This document shows positions 1-12,583 of a stretch of 64,000 bases of DNA, in pieces. The notes below the pieces were generated by a model. The model saw only the letters and a list, made by a program, of their open reading frames with translations. It ran no database searches and had not been told where the DNA came from. The position numbers and the translations under genes were made by a program. Origin of the DNA: Callorhinchus milii (lineage: Eukaryota); the NCBI RefSeq assembly GCF_018977255.1, contig NW_024704743.1, positions 36,396,001-36,460,000 on the forward strand, given 5' to 3'. Position 1 is the first letter of the stretch, and the number at the start of each line of letters is the position of its first letter.

Positions 1-539
1 CAGGTACAGGTAACCTCGATCAGGTCACATTGTGCTAAGCTCCACGATGTGCACTGCCATCAATTATACCAGCAACATCCTCCAGGACGCACAAGACATA
101 CACAAAGTTTTAATTGTATTCATAACCACAATTTCAAACCTGATGTTCTGTGTTATCACCGGATGTTTTGTTGTTGTCCCACTTTAATCAAATAGTGTTC
201 ACAACAGTAATTTCAATAAAGTAAAAACGCCACAAGGTAAAACAATACGAGGCAATTAATTATGTTCTTAGGATTTATATGTTTAATAACACCAAGTTCA
301 GGCTGCTGGAGGCAAAAGGAGTGAATTTTTGTATTGGTCTCTTTTAAAAGCTTATCTCTTTGATTCTTTCTGTTCTCTGTGACAGATAACCATTGTTCAT
401 AACTCCAGGGTCCAATCCCCAAGCCTGAAAACAAGAAATTGATACAGTGGCACTTTCTTAAAACCAAGATACCCATAAAGTTCTGATATGGCATGTTGAA
501 AGTTAAAATTTAATTAATGGCTAACTTAATAGATTACAA

Positions 540-902
540 TGATAATCCTTGCATTTGCATTTAATATAGTGCTTATAACATCTCAAGGTTTTGTGACTCA
601 GACAAATGCAGCAGCCAATTTATACGCATTAATATCCCACAAACAGCAATGAAGTTGTGTTTGATTAATTTTATCTGGAGGATTGTTGGCCAGGAAACTG
701 GCAGAAACTCCATTCTCTTTTTGATGCGCTCCCACATGAAAGGCGCTATATAAATGTAACTCTGATTTGTATTTGAATAATGACATGGGATCTTTAACAT
801 CCTTCTGAAGGATGAGAGGGTCAGCCTTGTCTATGAGCTTAAAGTCCTAACATGGGGTTTGAAACCACAATCATTCTGACAAAAGTGCTACCAACTAAGC
901 CA
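540..902 (-). mobile_element. Old long-form Deu-domain SINE, decayed
   Basis: Reverse strand has a tRNA-like head (tggcttagttggtagcact), Deu-like core (attgctgtttgtgggatatt...aattggctgctgc) and an aaatgcaaggattat tail; same layout as 63005-63390. Confidence 0.7.
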
Positions 903-2319
903 ATGAGATAACATAATAAGATCAGCAAACCTTGTCTATATTCAACACATTATTACAGTGTTGATGTGTCACTAGGTAATAATACAAAATAACCACTTAC
1001 TCAAGTTTTTCCTCACTCCTCATCGACTGGGTAAAGTTCCAATATGCAGAAAAGGTATGGAAAGGGAAAAGTGGATGTATTGGTATATGAATGTCATTTT
1101 TATTTTAAAACATTGACATTTGCAGTGTTTCCTTACCACATTAACACAAGGACCAGTTTAAGAAATATTGCAAAATTTGTCTAGACATTGAAAGGAGACA
1201 CAGCTCTCTGTACAGTAATCACAGTACTTGGCTGATAACAGAAGGACACCCAGTTTTCAGTCTTGTGTTTGTTCCTACAAAATGTTCAGGAGGAACTGGG
1301 AACGAATGCCACCTAAATTAATCTGTGGGAAGTGGTGATGGGTCTAAAATTAACCATCTCTCCCAAGCCTGTGACAGAAAGTGAATTGGAAAGCAACTGA
1401 TGCTGACAAGAACTGGCAAGTCTGACACCTTAAGAAAAAAGTACAAAACATAGTGCATGTGTGTGTGTGAAGTAAACAACACCATTCCCAGCAAAGGAAA
1501 GACACAGTATCTGTACAGCCTTGAGGGACCTCACATTTTCTTTGAGGCAGAGGATCCTGTGTGGGGCTATAAACAGAATTAGCATATATTAGCGCTTTTT
1601 TTTTAATGCAAAATGTTGTGCATTGGAAAATTCAGGGACTGTTGGACAGTTACCCTACACAAGTAATTCTTATATATAGTCAACGACCATTACATTTTAT
1701 AATTATATGGTAACCATTTGATAAAGAAAATTGGTGTAGGCCAGTAAACATGTGCAGATGACACACAAATGGTAATAATCACACATCACTTTTACTGTTG
1801 TGATTCACTACCAGTGAATCACAGAAAGAAGCTGAAATTAAATTGGGCTTTTCTACATAGTTACATAAACCATAAAGCACAGAAACAGGCCATTCGGCCA
1901 AACAATCCATGCCAGTGTTTATAATCCATGTGAGTCTTCACCCATTTCTTACTTCCTCCCTACACTTCTATTCCCTTCTCCCTCGTGTGAATATTTAGCT
2001 TTCTCCTAAATGCATTTAATGCTATCTGAGTCAACCATCACCTTGAGCAGCAAGTTCCCTACTTAATCAGTTTCTCTATTCCCGCTTACCCTCATATTCT
2101 CAAGATTCATTCAATGTATCTAACTCTGATTTTAATAACTCTAACTTTAGTATCATTCTTTTTTGATGCTCTTGGTTCGAACACTTGTGCTGGTAGTTTG
2201 TTTCACCCAAAGACTGTCCTTTTACTAATTCAAAGGTCTCCTGCATTTCCTGTATGTTAACTATACATTCCAACAGTTTGCTCACTGTTTTAACCATATT
2301 ATTACTGTATCAAATGTTC

Positions 2320-4657
2320 AATTGGATAAGATCATGGCTGATCTTCAGACTTAACTCTAATTACCTGCCCTATCCCCATATCCCCTAATCCCTCTATTTT
2401 TTAAAAAAATCTACTAGTCTCAGCCTTGAAAATGTTCAAGGACCGAGCATCTACAGCCTTCTGGGGTAGTGAATTCCATAAATTCACTACCCTTTGAGTG
2501 AAGAAATGTTTCCTTAACTCTGTTCTAAAAGGCTGACCCTTAATTTTAAGACTGTGACCCCTGGTTATAGATTCTCCTACCAGGGGAAACAGACCCTCAG
2601 TGTCTACTTTATCCAGCCTTTTAAGAATCTTATATGTTTCAATAAGATCTCCCCTAATTCTTCTGTATTCTACAGAATATATCCCTAGTTTATTCAGCCT
2701 ATCCTCATAGGTCAGTCCCCTCATCCCAGGAACTAACCTAGTGAATCTACGCTGCAACCCCTCTAGGGCAAGTATGTCCTTTTTTAAATAAGGAGACCAA
2801 AACTGCACCCAATACTCTAGGTGCGGTCTCACCAAGGCCCTATACAGTTGCAGCAAGACTTCCCTACTCTTGTACTCTAAACCTTTTGCAATGAACGCTA
2901 ACATGCCGTTCGCCTTCTTAGTTGCTTGCTGCACCTGCAAACTAACTTTTTGAGACTGGTGTACAAGGACACCCAAATCCCTCTGAACACTAACACTATC
3001 TAATCTCTCCCCCTCTAGAAAATAATCTGTTTTTCTATTTTTGCTACCTAAGTGAATAACTTCACACTTCCCCACATTAAATTCCATCTGCCACCTACTC
3101 GCCCACTCCCCTAGCCTATCTATACCCCGTTGCAATCTTTTTGCATCATCCTCAGAGCTTACTCTCTCACCTAGTTTAGTGTCATCCGCAAATTTAGATA
3201 CGTTACATTCAATGTCCTCGTCTAGATCATTGATGTAAATTGTAAATAGCTGAGACCCAAACACTGATCCTTGTGGCACTCCACTCGTCACATCCTTCCA
3301 ATTCAAGAATGACCCGTTTATCCCTACTCTCTGTTTTCTACCCGTTAGCCACTCTTCAATCCATGCTAATATGTTCCCATTAATCCCGTGGGCCTTAACC
3401 TTGTGCAATAGCCTTTTGTGTGGCACTTTGTCAAATGCCTTTTTAAAATCTAAATAAACTACAACTATTGGTTCCCCCCATCTAACCTGCTAGATACATC
3501 TTCAAAAAACTCTAAAAGATTATTTAAGCATGACTTCCCTTTTGTAAAGCCATGTTGACTCTGCCTAATCTTGTTATGGTCTTCCAGGAATTCCATAATG
3601 ACATCTTTAATTAAGGACTCAAGAATTTTCTCAACCACTGATGTCAGACTAACTGGTCTACAGTTCCCCATCTTTTCTCTCCCACCCTTCTTAAATAGTG
3701 GTGTTATGTTTGCAATCTTCCAATCAATGGAAACCGTTCCAGAATCCAGAGAATTTTGGAAGATCAAAGACAAGCCATCCACTATCTCAGTAGCCACCTC
3801 TTTTAAAACCCTAGGATGTAGGCCATCAGGTCTAGGAGATTCATTAGTTTTAAGACCTGACAATTTACCTAAAACCATTTCTTTACTAATATTAATTCCC
3901 CCAAGTTGCTCGCTAACATTGTCTTCTTGGTTCCCCTCTATTCTTGGTAGATTTTCAGTGTCTTCTAAGGTGAAGACAGTAGCAAAGTACTTGTTTAATG
4001 ATTCTGCCATGTCTTTATCCCCTACTCTGCCTGTAGCGGACCCATATATATCTGTGACAGCCTCTTCCTCTTTATATATTTATAAAAACACTTGCAGTCT
4101 GTCTTTATGTTCTTCGCTAGTTTGCCCTCATATTCCATTTTCTCCCTCTTAATCACTTTTTTGCTTCTCCTTTGTTGATCCCTAAAGTTCTCCCAATCCT
4201 CTGGTTTACTAGTCATCTTAGCTGTTTTATAGGCTTCTTCCTTTAACTTTATACTTTCCCTAACTGGTCTAGTTAGCCACGGTTGGGCCACCTTTCCCAT
4301 GGCATTCTTATTCCTCAAAGGGATTATGTGCTTGCTGGGAATTTTGCACTATCTCCTTAAACATCTGCCATTGCTGGTCTACTGTCAAATCCTCTCTCAT
4401 ACCAGCAAAATTGGCTCTACTTAAATTTAAAACCTTTGCTTCGGACTTAACTACTTCTCTCTCTAACTTCATGCTAAATTCCATCATATTATGATTACTT
4501 TGCCCTAGAGGAGCCTTAAGTTCCAAATGCAAATTATTGTTGGTCTGTAAGGTCAAGCACAGCTTAATTGAATTCCACACTACTTTTTCTTCTTCCAAAT
4601 TTCATAAACCTAAAGTCCCCCGCATTAACTTGCACCATTACCTTCTTATACACATTC
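2320..4657 (-). mobile_element. CR1-clade LINE, 5'-truncated, fragmented ORF2 (reverse transcriptase)
   Basis: Broken ORFs 4308-4598, 4022-4318, 3465-4010 and 2401-3426 carry QHGFTKGKSC, GVPQGSV, KFADDTKL, LVRPHLEY and FFTQRVVNLWNSLP, typical of CR1 ORF2; stops and frameshifts present. Confidence 0.92.
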
Positions 4658-4693
4658 CTAGTTTCTCCAGATGATTCTGAATTTGTATGCATT

Positions 4694-7220
4694 GATTTTT
4701 ATCATATACCGCTGCTTCCAATTTGGTGTCGTCCGGCTGATTCCTCGCTCCCGGTCTCTGCGTGCGTGTTTTGGCTGCTGCCCTGACCCGAGCCTCCCGC
4801 TCCCACCCCCTCTATGTCTCTCCTCCCAACCCCCTTTAACTGCTACTCCCCCTCTGTCCTTCTCTCCCACCGGCCTCCCCGCCTTCTCTCTCTACTCGAC
4901 CCCATCACCACTTCCCTCTGCTCCAGCCTGGGCATCCTCCACCGGGCCCATCGTGGCTCCCAGCACTGGCTGTCCCAGAGCAGCAACCCCAAGTGTCCCA
5001 TCACTCACTCCCTCCCCTCAAACCGCCTCCTTAAGGCAAACCCAATTCCCCCTTCCTTCATACGTACCTTCCCCAACTCTCCACTCACACCACTCTCCAC
5101 AAACATCTCTCTCGTACACCCAAAAATCCTCTCTGCATCACTCTCTCCTCCCTCTCCTCCCTCCCCCCACCCCTTCCAGCAAACCCACCCGCATTTCCCT
5201 CCAAAATGTCTGTTCCCTCTCAAATAAAGCTTTCACTATCCATGACCTCATCCTGGACGAGCACCTTGACATTTTTCGGCTCACCGAAACCTGGCTCTCC
5301 CCCAATGACCCCGTCCCCCTAGTGGAAACCTCCCTTCCAGGCTACACCTTCCACCACATCCCCCCATCCAAACCAACGTGGCGGCGGGGTGGCCCTCATT
5401 TCCAAAGCCTCTCTTGGTCTTACCCCCTACTCTTCTGGTTGCTTCCCCTCCTTTGAACACTTCACCCTCTTCCACCCCTCTCTCCGTTTGAAAATCCTCC
5501 TTGTCTACCGTCCCTCTAAGCCCCCGGCTCCTTCCACGCAGACATCCCTACTCTCCTCTCTTCCCTGTCCCTCTGCTCTGAGCGCCTGCTCATAAAGGGC
5601 GATTTCAACCTCCACCTAAACTCCCCCTGTACCACTTCTGCCGATTTCACGGCCCTCCTCTCCTCCCTAAACCTTACCCTCCACATAAATTCACCCACCC
5701 ACAACCGTGGTCATGCCCTTAACCTTGTCATCACCCATGAGCTTGACATTTCCGACCTCAGCATAGTGGACAAGGCCACCTCAGACCACGTTTTCATCTC
5801 CTTCTCCTCTCATATCCCTCTCTCCTCCACCAAGCCCTCAACCATCCTCTACCGCCCTTGGAAAAGGCTACCCCCTGAGACCCTCACAAAGACCATCTCA
5901 TCATCAAACATCCTATCCCTCTGGCCTTCCACCCAAGGAGATCCTGAAGCAGCCGTCCAGCTGCTCCATGATCGCCTCTCCTCCACCTTCAACTCCTTCA
6001 TCCTCCTAAAATCCAGGACCATCTCCAAACCCACCCGATCCCCCTGATACAACAACCATCTCCTCCACCAAAAAACCCAAACCCGGCTGCTCGAGCGCAG
6101 ATGGCGGAAAACTGGCCTGACAGTTCACTGCCAACTGTGGCTCGAGCGTCGCCACAGCTACCGCCGTTCTTTGACATGCGCAAAAACAGCCTTTTATTCC
6201 AACATCATCCTGGAGGCTAAACACAACCCAAAACTCCTTTTTTTCACCACCCACTACCTCCTCCGTGCCCCCCCACTCAGGCCTCCGCGATCTTCGTATC
6301 ACCAACTTACTGGTCACCAAGCTCCCTCTCCTCTGCCCGCTACTAGCTGATGTCATCAACCAGTTCCTCTCCTCCAGATCAGTCCTTGCCTCTCTCAAAA
6401 CTGCTGTCATCATCCCCCTCCTGAAAAAACCCTCCCTAGATCCCTCAAACCCCAGCCACTACTGCCCCATTTCTAACCTGCCCTTCCTCTCAAAAGTTCT
6501 AGAACGCATTGTTGCAAACCAACTCCGCGCACACCTCTCCTTCCACTCCCTCTTCGAACCCCTCCAGTCTGGTTTCCGCCCACAGTACAGAGACTGCGCT
6601 TGTGAAAGTCACAAACGACATCCTCTTTATCTGTGACCAGGGTTCCCTCTGTTTCCTTGTCCAACTGGACCTCTCCACCGCGTTCGACACAGTCAATCAC
6701 ACCCTCCTTCTCCACCGCCTTTCCTCCGTCATCCACCTCAGTGGGACCGCACTCGCCTGGTTCGAATCCTACCTCACAAACCATCAGCAATACATCTGCA
6801 CAAACGGCTTCTCCTCCCTCATTCACCCGGTCACCAGACTCACCAGATTCACCAGACTGTACTGGCTCCCTATCCCAGAGAGGATTGAGGAGAGAGGATC
6901 TGACCTCCTCTCTCCTCAAAACAGTACCCATTGCCTTCGTTCCTCCGGGTCTGGCCTCCTCCTTGTCCCCTGAGTCCTCCGCTCCACCCTCGGGAACTGT
7001 GCTTTCAGCCACTATGCCCCGAGGCTCTGGAGCTGTCTTCCTCCCTTCGTCTCCCTCCCTTCCCATTTTCAGATCTCTGCTGAAGACTTTTCTTTTCAAC
7101 CGCGTCTTTGGTCACCTTCCCCCCTTCCCCCTGCCTCGGCCCCGGGATCCAAAACTGTAAAGCGCTCTGAGACGCCGTCCAGCGTGGAGGGCCTATATAA
7201 ATCCAAGTTGTTGTTGTTGT
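4694..7220 (+). mobile_element. L2-clade LINE with APE endonuclease and partial RT, internally deleted, (GTT)n tail
   Basis: LQNVCSLSNK...LTETWL (APE), PISNLPFLSKVLE, QSGFR and LDLSTAFDTVNH (RT); 3' end tatataaatccaag(ttg)n; frameshifted. Confidence 0.9.
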
Positions 7221-7249
7221 GTCATCCAGAAATGTAAATATTTTTGACA

Positions 7250-8310
7250 CCACAACAACAACAACAACAACAAAATTACATTTGTATAGCACCTTTCACG
7301 TTGGGAGGTTGTCCATGAAGCAGTTGGAGCCCGCTGAGCAGAGCGAACGAGCAGGATGGTAGGGGGTTAGGAGGTCGCAGAAGTAGTGGGGAGCAAGACC
7401 ATGCACAGCTTTGAAAGTGAGGACCAGGATCTTGAACTGTATCCTCTGTGCGATGGGAAGCCAGTGGAGTTGGGCGAGGATGGGGGTGATAGGGTCACGG
7501 AGCCTGGTGCAGGAGAGGTCATGGACTGCAGAGTTCTGGATGATCTGCAGCCTAAAGAGGGAAGAGTTGGGGAGGCTGAAAAGCAAGAAGTTTTCATAGT
7601 TAAGCATGTCTTGACTGAAAGCATGTATGAGGGTTTTGGAGGCCTATGGTGTGAGACAGTGGCAGAGTCGGGCGATGTTGCGGAGTGGGGGAAGGCAGAG
7701 CAGTCATGGTACAGATATGGGGTAGAAAGGACAGTTGAGGGTCAAACAACAAGCCAAGGTTCCGGACTGGCTTAGTAAGGTGGAGTGTGCAACCATGGAT
7801 GGTGATGCTGTCAGTGCCTGAGGTGTGGAGGCACTGACGGGAGCCAATCAGGAGAGCCTCGGCTGACGTTCAACTGTAGAAAGTTAGCTCTCATCCAGGA
7901 CTTGATGTCTGACAGACATTCTGTCAGCACAGCAGTGGTCCTGGAATCTAGGGTGGAGGCAGAGAGATAGAGTTGGGTGTCATCTGTATACATGTGGAAA
8001 TTGACATCACCAAGAGGGAGCATATAAATATTGAAGAGGAGGGGACCAAGGACAGAGCCCTGAGAAACGCTGCACGAGATGGTCCAGGGACTAGAGGAGA
8101 AACCGTTTGAGGAGATGAAGTGCAGGCGGTGTGAGAGGTACGATCTGAACCAATCAAGGACAGAGCCATGAACTTTGAGGTGAGAGGAGAGGCGGTGGAT
8201 GAGGATAGAGTGGCCGACGGTGTCGAAGGCAGTAGAGAGATCAAGGAGGATGAGGGGGTAGAGGGAGCCCTGGTCGCAGATGGACAGAATGTCATTTGTC
8301 ACTTCAAAGT
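7250..8310 (-). mobile_element. L2-clade LINE 3' fragment
   Basis: LDLSTAFDT, SQGSVLGPLLFNIY, YTDDTQLY and LHWLPIAQRIQFK motifs; (AAC)n tail at 7252-7272. Confidence 0.9.
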
Positions 8311-9609
8311 CATTTATAAAAATGGTCCCAATATCAAACCCGTGACACACAGCAACAACTTGCATTTATGTAGGGTAACATCTTGGAGCACTTCACAGAG
8401 ATGGTGGTAGATGCTGAGCAAGGGATGAGGGAGCACTGACTGTAGGCATGGTCAAGAGATAGTTTTTAAGGCAGAATTTAAAGACAGGGAGCAAGATGAA
8501 AGGGTAGAGGGAAGGCGTTTACCCCTAATAACTGCCGCCCAAGTATCTTCCAATCCATCATTTTTTATTGCCTTTTATCAACTAATTCTTTGCTAATCCA
8601 GTTTAATACATTGGCATTTATCACTTGTGCCTAAAGCTGATGCATTGGTTTATTATGTGGGACACGTCAAATGTCTTTTTGAAATGCAGGTAAATAGCAT
8701 TCCACTGTCTCACCCCTATCTATTGGATCTATAACCTTCTGGAAGAAATCCAATAAATGTGTTAAGCACAACCTTCCTTTCTTAAATCCATGACTTTGAT
8801 TAAAATATGCCGCTCAAGATCATTCCTTTTATTTTTCCTCATCATTGGATTCTGTTTTGTCCATAATTGACATGAGGTCAATAGTTTGATGACTCATTCC
8901 TAGCCCCATTTTAAAGACTTGAGTCATATTTTATTATAAGCTTACAATTCCATTCCAGACAGATTTTTATCTCAGTCTGGTTTGGATATTCTTATGCATC
9001 ATGATGGTTTTTGGTATGTGTCAGACACCCGGCTGACCAAAAAAAAACTTTGACAAAACCATCTTAAAGCTGGATTCTATGGCCTAACTAATAATATGTA
9101 AAGTTTTAACATTATACATCATTCAGAACTATAATTGCAGCTTAGACAGAATTGATAAATCAAACTACATCGATGCGCAAGATCATGTTCCAAACAGATT
9201 TAATTGCTGTAAACAGATCAATATATTTTTATGGATGAGATGAATCTGTCCCATTTGCCTGAAACAGATTATAAATATATTTGTCNTTTTTTTTAGTTAG
9301 TTGCTAACCACAAGGAATAATTCACTTATATCCCATGTGGATTGAAATTTGCTTTTCATTTCAAAGCTATGTTTGGCAGCAGTATAGATCTTTTAAAAAT
9401 GTGCACTTTTTGCATCACCAATAAATTTATTAGCCCTATTTAAAGACAAGATTGAGAAAAGTTCACCTATAAAAGATCACCTATCCCCGGACAGAATTGA
9501 CAAAACTCTCCTCTCTTTGATTGTTAACTTCTTCAGCCAAAGAATGTGGGCAGTCTCGATTCAATCTGCTGCAGACATTGATTTACAGTGCAAATTCCCC
9601 CCAAATAGG

Positions 9610-10250
9610 CGCAGATGCGATGGGCCGAATGGCCTCTTTCTGTGCTGTTTGATTCTATGCTTCTATGATTCTAAAATAGAGCCATAAAGCCATTGAAATT
9701 TACGGCACAGAAGAAGGCCATTCGGTGCTGTGCTGCTCCCTCAAGAACAATCCTTACCTGGCCTTTCCCCATATCCCGATTGTATCACTAAGCAACACCA
9801 CTCAGAGACCTCAAGGATACCCGGTGTGGAAGGTGAAAGTGTCACTCTGATGTAATGGTGAGTTCTCTTCTGAGGATGTACTTTGAGAAGCAGCATTACT
9901 CTGCAGCAGGTTGTTCTACATAAGAACATATGAAAATAAGAAATGGTAGACAAACAAGACCAAGGTCCATCTAGTTCGCCTTCCATCTTCCTGGCGGTCA
10001 CATGCACATGTGTCCCAAACTACCCATATACTATATCCCATAATGTTATTTCCTAAAAGAAAATTAGTAATCTGTGTTTAAAAGAATCAACATTTCCTGC
10101 TTCAACCATCTCCCTAGGGAGCCTGTTCCACAGGTTCATTATTGACTCACTGAAATAGTGTTTGCATAGAATGGTTCTGAATTTATCCCCCCCTGCCCCC
10201 ACCCCTTCAATCACAGGCCATGTCCTGGTTTTACTATTCTGGATCATGCA
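9610..10250. mobile_element. Cluster of CR1 3'-end fragments in both orientations
   Basis: atgggccgaatggcct...ctgtgctg...(ttctatga) ends; ORF fragment FSESIMNLWNRLPREMVEA at 10053-10247. Confidence 0.7.
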
Positions 10251-10494
10251 ATGTTCATGTTAAGCATTTCCATGTTATGCTTGGCTAATAATTCCCCAGA
10301 TAAAATTGGTCATTTGTTTAATTGTTGGACATTCCTGTGCGCAAATTGGCTGCCACCTTTGTCTGTACACTACACTTCACTGTACAGTACTTTGGAACGT
10401 CCTCTCGAAGTGAAAGAGGCTATATCAAATGTAAGCATTAATATTATTACAGTAGCAGGAGCAATCACATGTGAAGATCTTTTCAAGATGGTAA

Positions 10495-10774
10495 GCTTTG
10501 AAAGTGAGAGACCTGGGTTTGATTCCCGGCAGGGTGAAACCTTGGGCAAGTTTCCTTACTCCACACGCCTGATAATAATCCCTCAAAAAAACAATAATAA
10601 ATTGGTCATTTCAATCCCTGACTGTTTGTGGGACACTGCTGTGCGCGATTGCCTGCTGCATTTCGCCCACAAATATACAGTCAATTCACTTCACTGTATA
10701 TTCTGTGAAGCGCTTTGAGACGTCTAGAAGACGTGAAAAGCGCTATATCAAATGGAAGGATTATTATTATTATT
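10495..10774 (+). mobile_element. Short tRNA-derived Deu-type SINE, 5'-truncated
   Basis: Colinear with the 12584 copy; (ATT)n tail. Confidence 0.85.
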
Positions 10775-11302
10775 AAGTTCTTTCTTGTGACTCCGATGTC
10801 ATCGATTAAACACAACTTTCCAACAGACTAATTTCCCCCCTGCAATCAGTGCTGGTGATGGGTTTGTGCTCATTTTATTTAAATTCAAACGAACTGATTT
10901 TTTCCCCATAATTTTTTAAAATCTTCTTTCAGATGTTGATCCAAACACTTTCTCAGTGTGTTTGTGTTGCCCCCTGTCGGTGTCCCCTGGATACTACAGA
11001 CCTGACACAAAAAAAAGTTGGAAGAACCAAAGTACAGTATTTCAGTCCAGAACATGAATGAGTGGTCGAACTATAGAAATACATGTTTCAATTGCGAGAT
11101 AGAGTTAACAGATCCATGGGAAACGAGAAACATTTTAGCAGCATTTTAATTTCCTACCATCACTATGAGTTAAACAGATTAGTTACTGTTTGACGTTTCA
11201 GGGTTTTATTATTATCGTTAAAACAGCGATATGTTAGCAGCTATAATTCGCTAGATAGTTAAATAGATTGTCATTAGACTAGCAGTAACACAGAGGCTTG
11301 GA

Positions 11303-11580
11303 CACAGAGCATTCGCCTTGCAAGCGAGACACCTGGGTTAAATTTCAGGAAAGGCAAAACGTTGGGCAAGTTTCCTTACTCCATACGCCTAAGAAAAACA
11401 ATAATAAATTGGTCATTTTCAATCCACGACTGTTTGTGGGACGCTGCTGTGCGCAATTGGCTGCTGCGTTTTGCCCACAAATAGACAGTCAATTCACTTT
11501 ACAGTATATTCTGTGAAGCGCTTTGAGACGTCTAGAAGACGTGAAAAGCACTATATCAAATGCAAGGATTATTATTATTA
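11303..11580 (+). mobile_element. Short tRNA-derived Deu-type SINE, slightly truncated
   Basis: Colinear with the 12584 copy; tail aaatgcaagg(att)n. Confidence 0.85.
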
Positions 11581-12105
11581 ACATGGTGCCACACATATGG
11601 GGTTAAATGGACTTCATAGCTGTATTGTGTCAAGCTTAAATTATGTTTGAGAGTAACCAGATTTGCATTACCAGTAATATTAACACTTGATGCATTAACA
11701 GTGTTTAAACACGGCCAGACATTTACCTCATTTAAATATCAGCAAAATGAATCTCCTCCCGCGAGAAAGTCTGAAGTTTGTGGTTTGAAATACAAAAGAC
11801 CTTTCTCAAGTGAAAGGTGTCTTTAGCTCTAGTTACACAATATCTCTCTAGGCAGGAAATACTCATTGTCTGGAAACTCTGCGGAACTGGATCCCCTCAA
11901 TAGTGTAAGCCCATCTGCCCTTCACTAATTGAGAGGGAGAGTAATAATACTAATCCTTAATTATTATTATTATTATTAACATGGTGCCACACACATGGGG
12001 TTAAATGGACTTTATAGCTGTATTGTGTCAAGTTTAAACTGTGTTTGAGAGTAACCAGATTTGCATTACCAGTAATATTAACACTTAATGCATTAACAGT
12101 GTTTA
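11571..12105 (+). repeat. ~137-bp direct duplication (11571-11707 and 11969-12105)
   Basis: attattattaacatggtgccacaca...cattaacagtgttta occurs twice at offset 398 with few mismatches. Confidence 0.92.
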
Positions 12106-12583
12106 TAATAATTAATAATTAATAATAATTAATGCAGACACTGCTGTCTGGCAACGAGGAAGCTGGTTACAGTGTTTCCAGTCTTACTCAGCAGCCACAG
12201 GCTTTCACAATAACTGTATTAGCATCAATCAGTGAATGAATGATGGCACATAAGCCCTCAGCCACACCGTAACTGTGCAAATAATAATAATAATTATTAT
12301 TATTATTAACTGTGCAAAGACTTCACTGACAACCTTGCTCAATGCTACAGGTTCCTCTGATGTTAAAAGCTCTTTAGTGTGACAAGCCTTTGCAGTCCAG
12401 TGAAATGCGGGGCTTCATCCCCCTTTTTGGGGGGTAATAAGGGGAACCCACGAAAAAAAAGCCCCCTTTGCCCCTGGCAGTGGGAGCTCACTCAGCCACT
12501 GGTTATATTAAAACATGCTGACGCCACGACCCCACAGCTCCCCTACTTCTATCTTTTTGTGAAGACCATCACGTCAATTCCAA

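Noticed and set aside
2401..3426. 341-aa RT-like ORF as an active or domesticated gene
   Set aside because: It is only the C-terminal part of a CR1 ORF2; upstream parts are broken by stops and frameshifts
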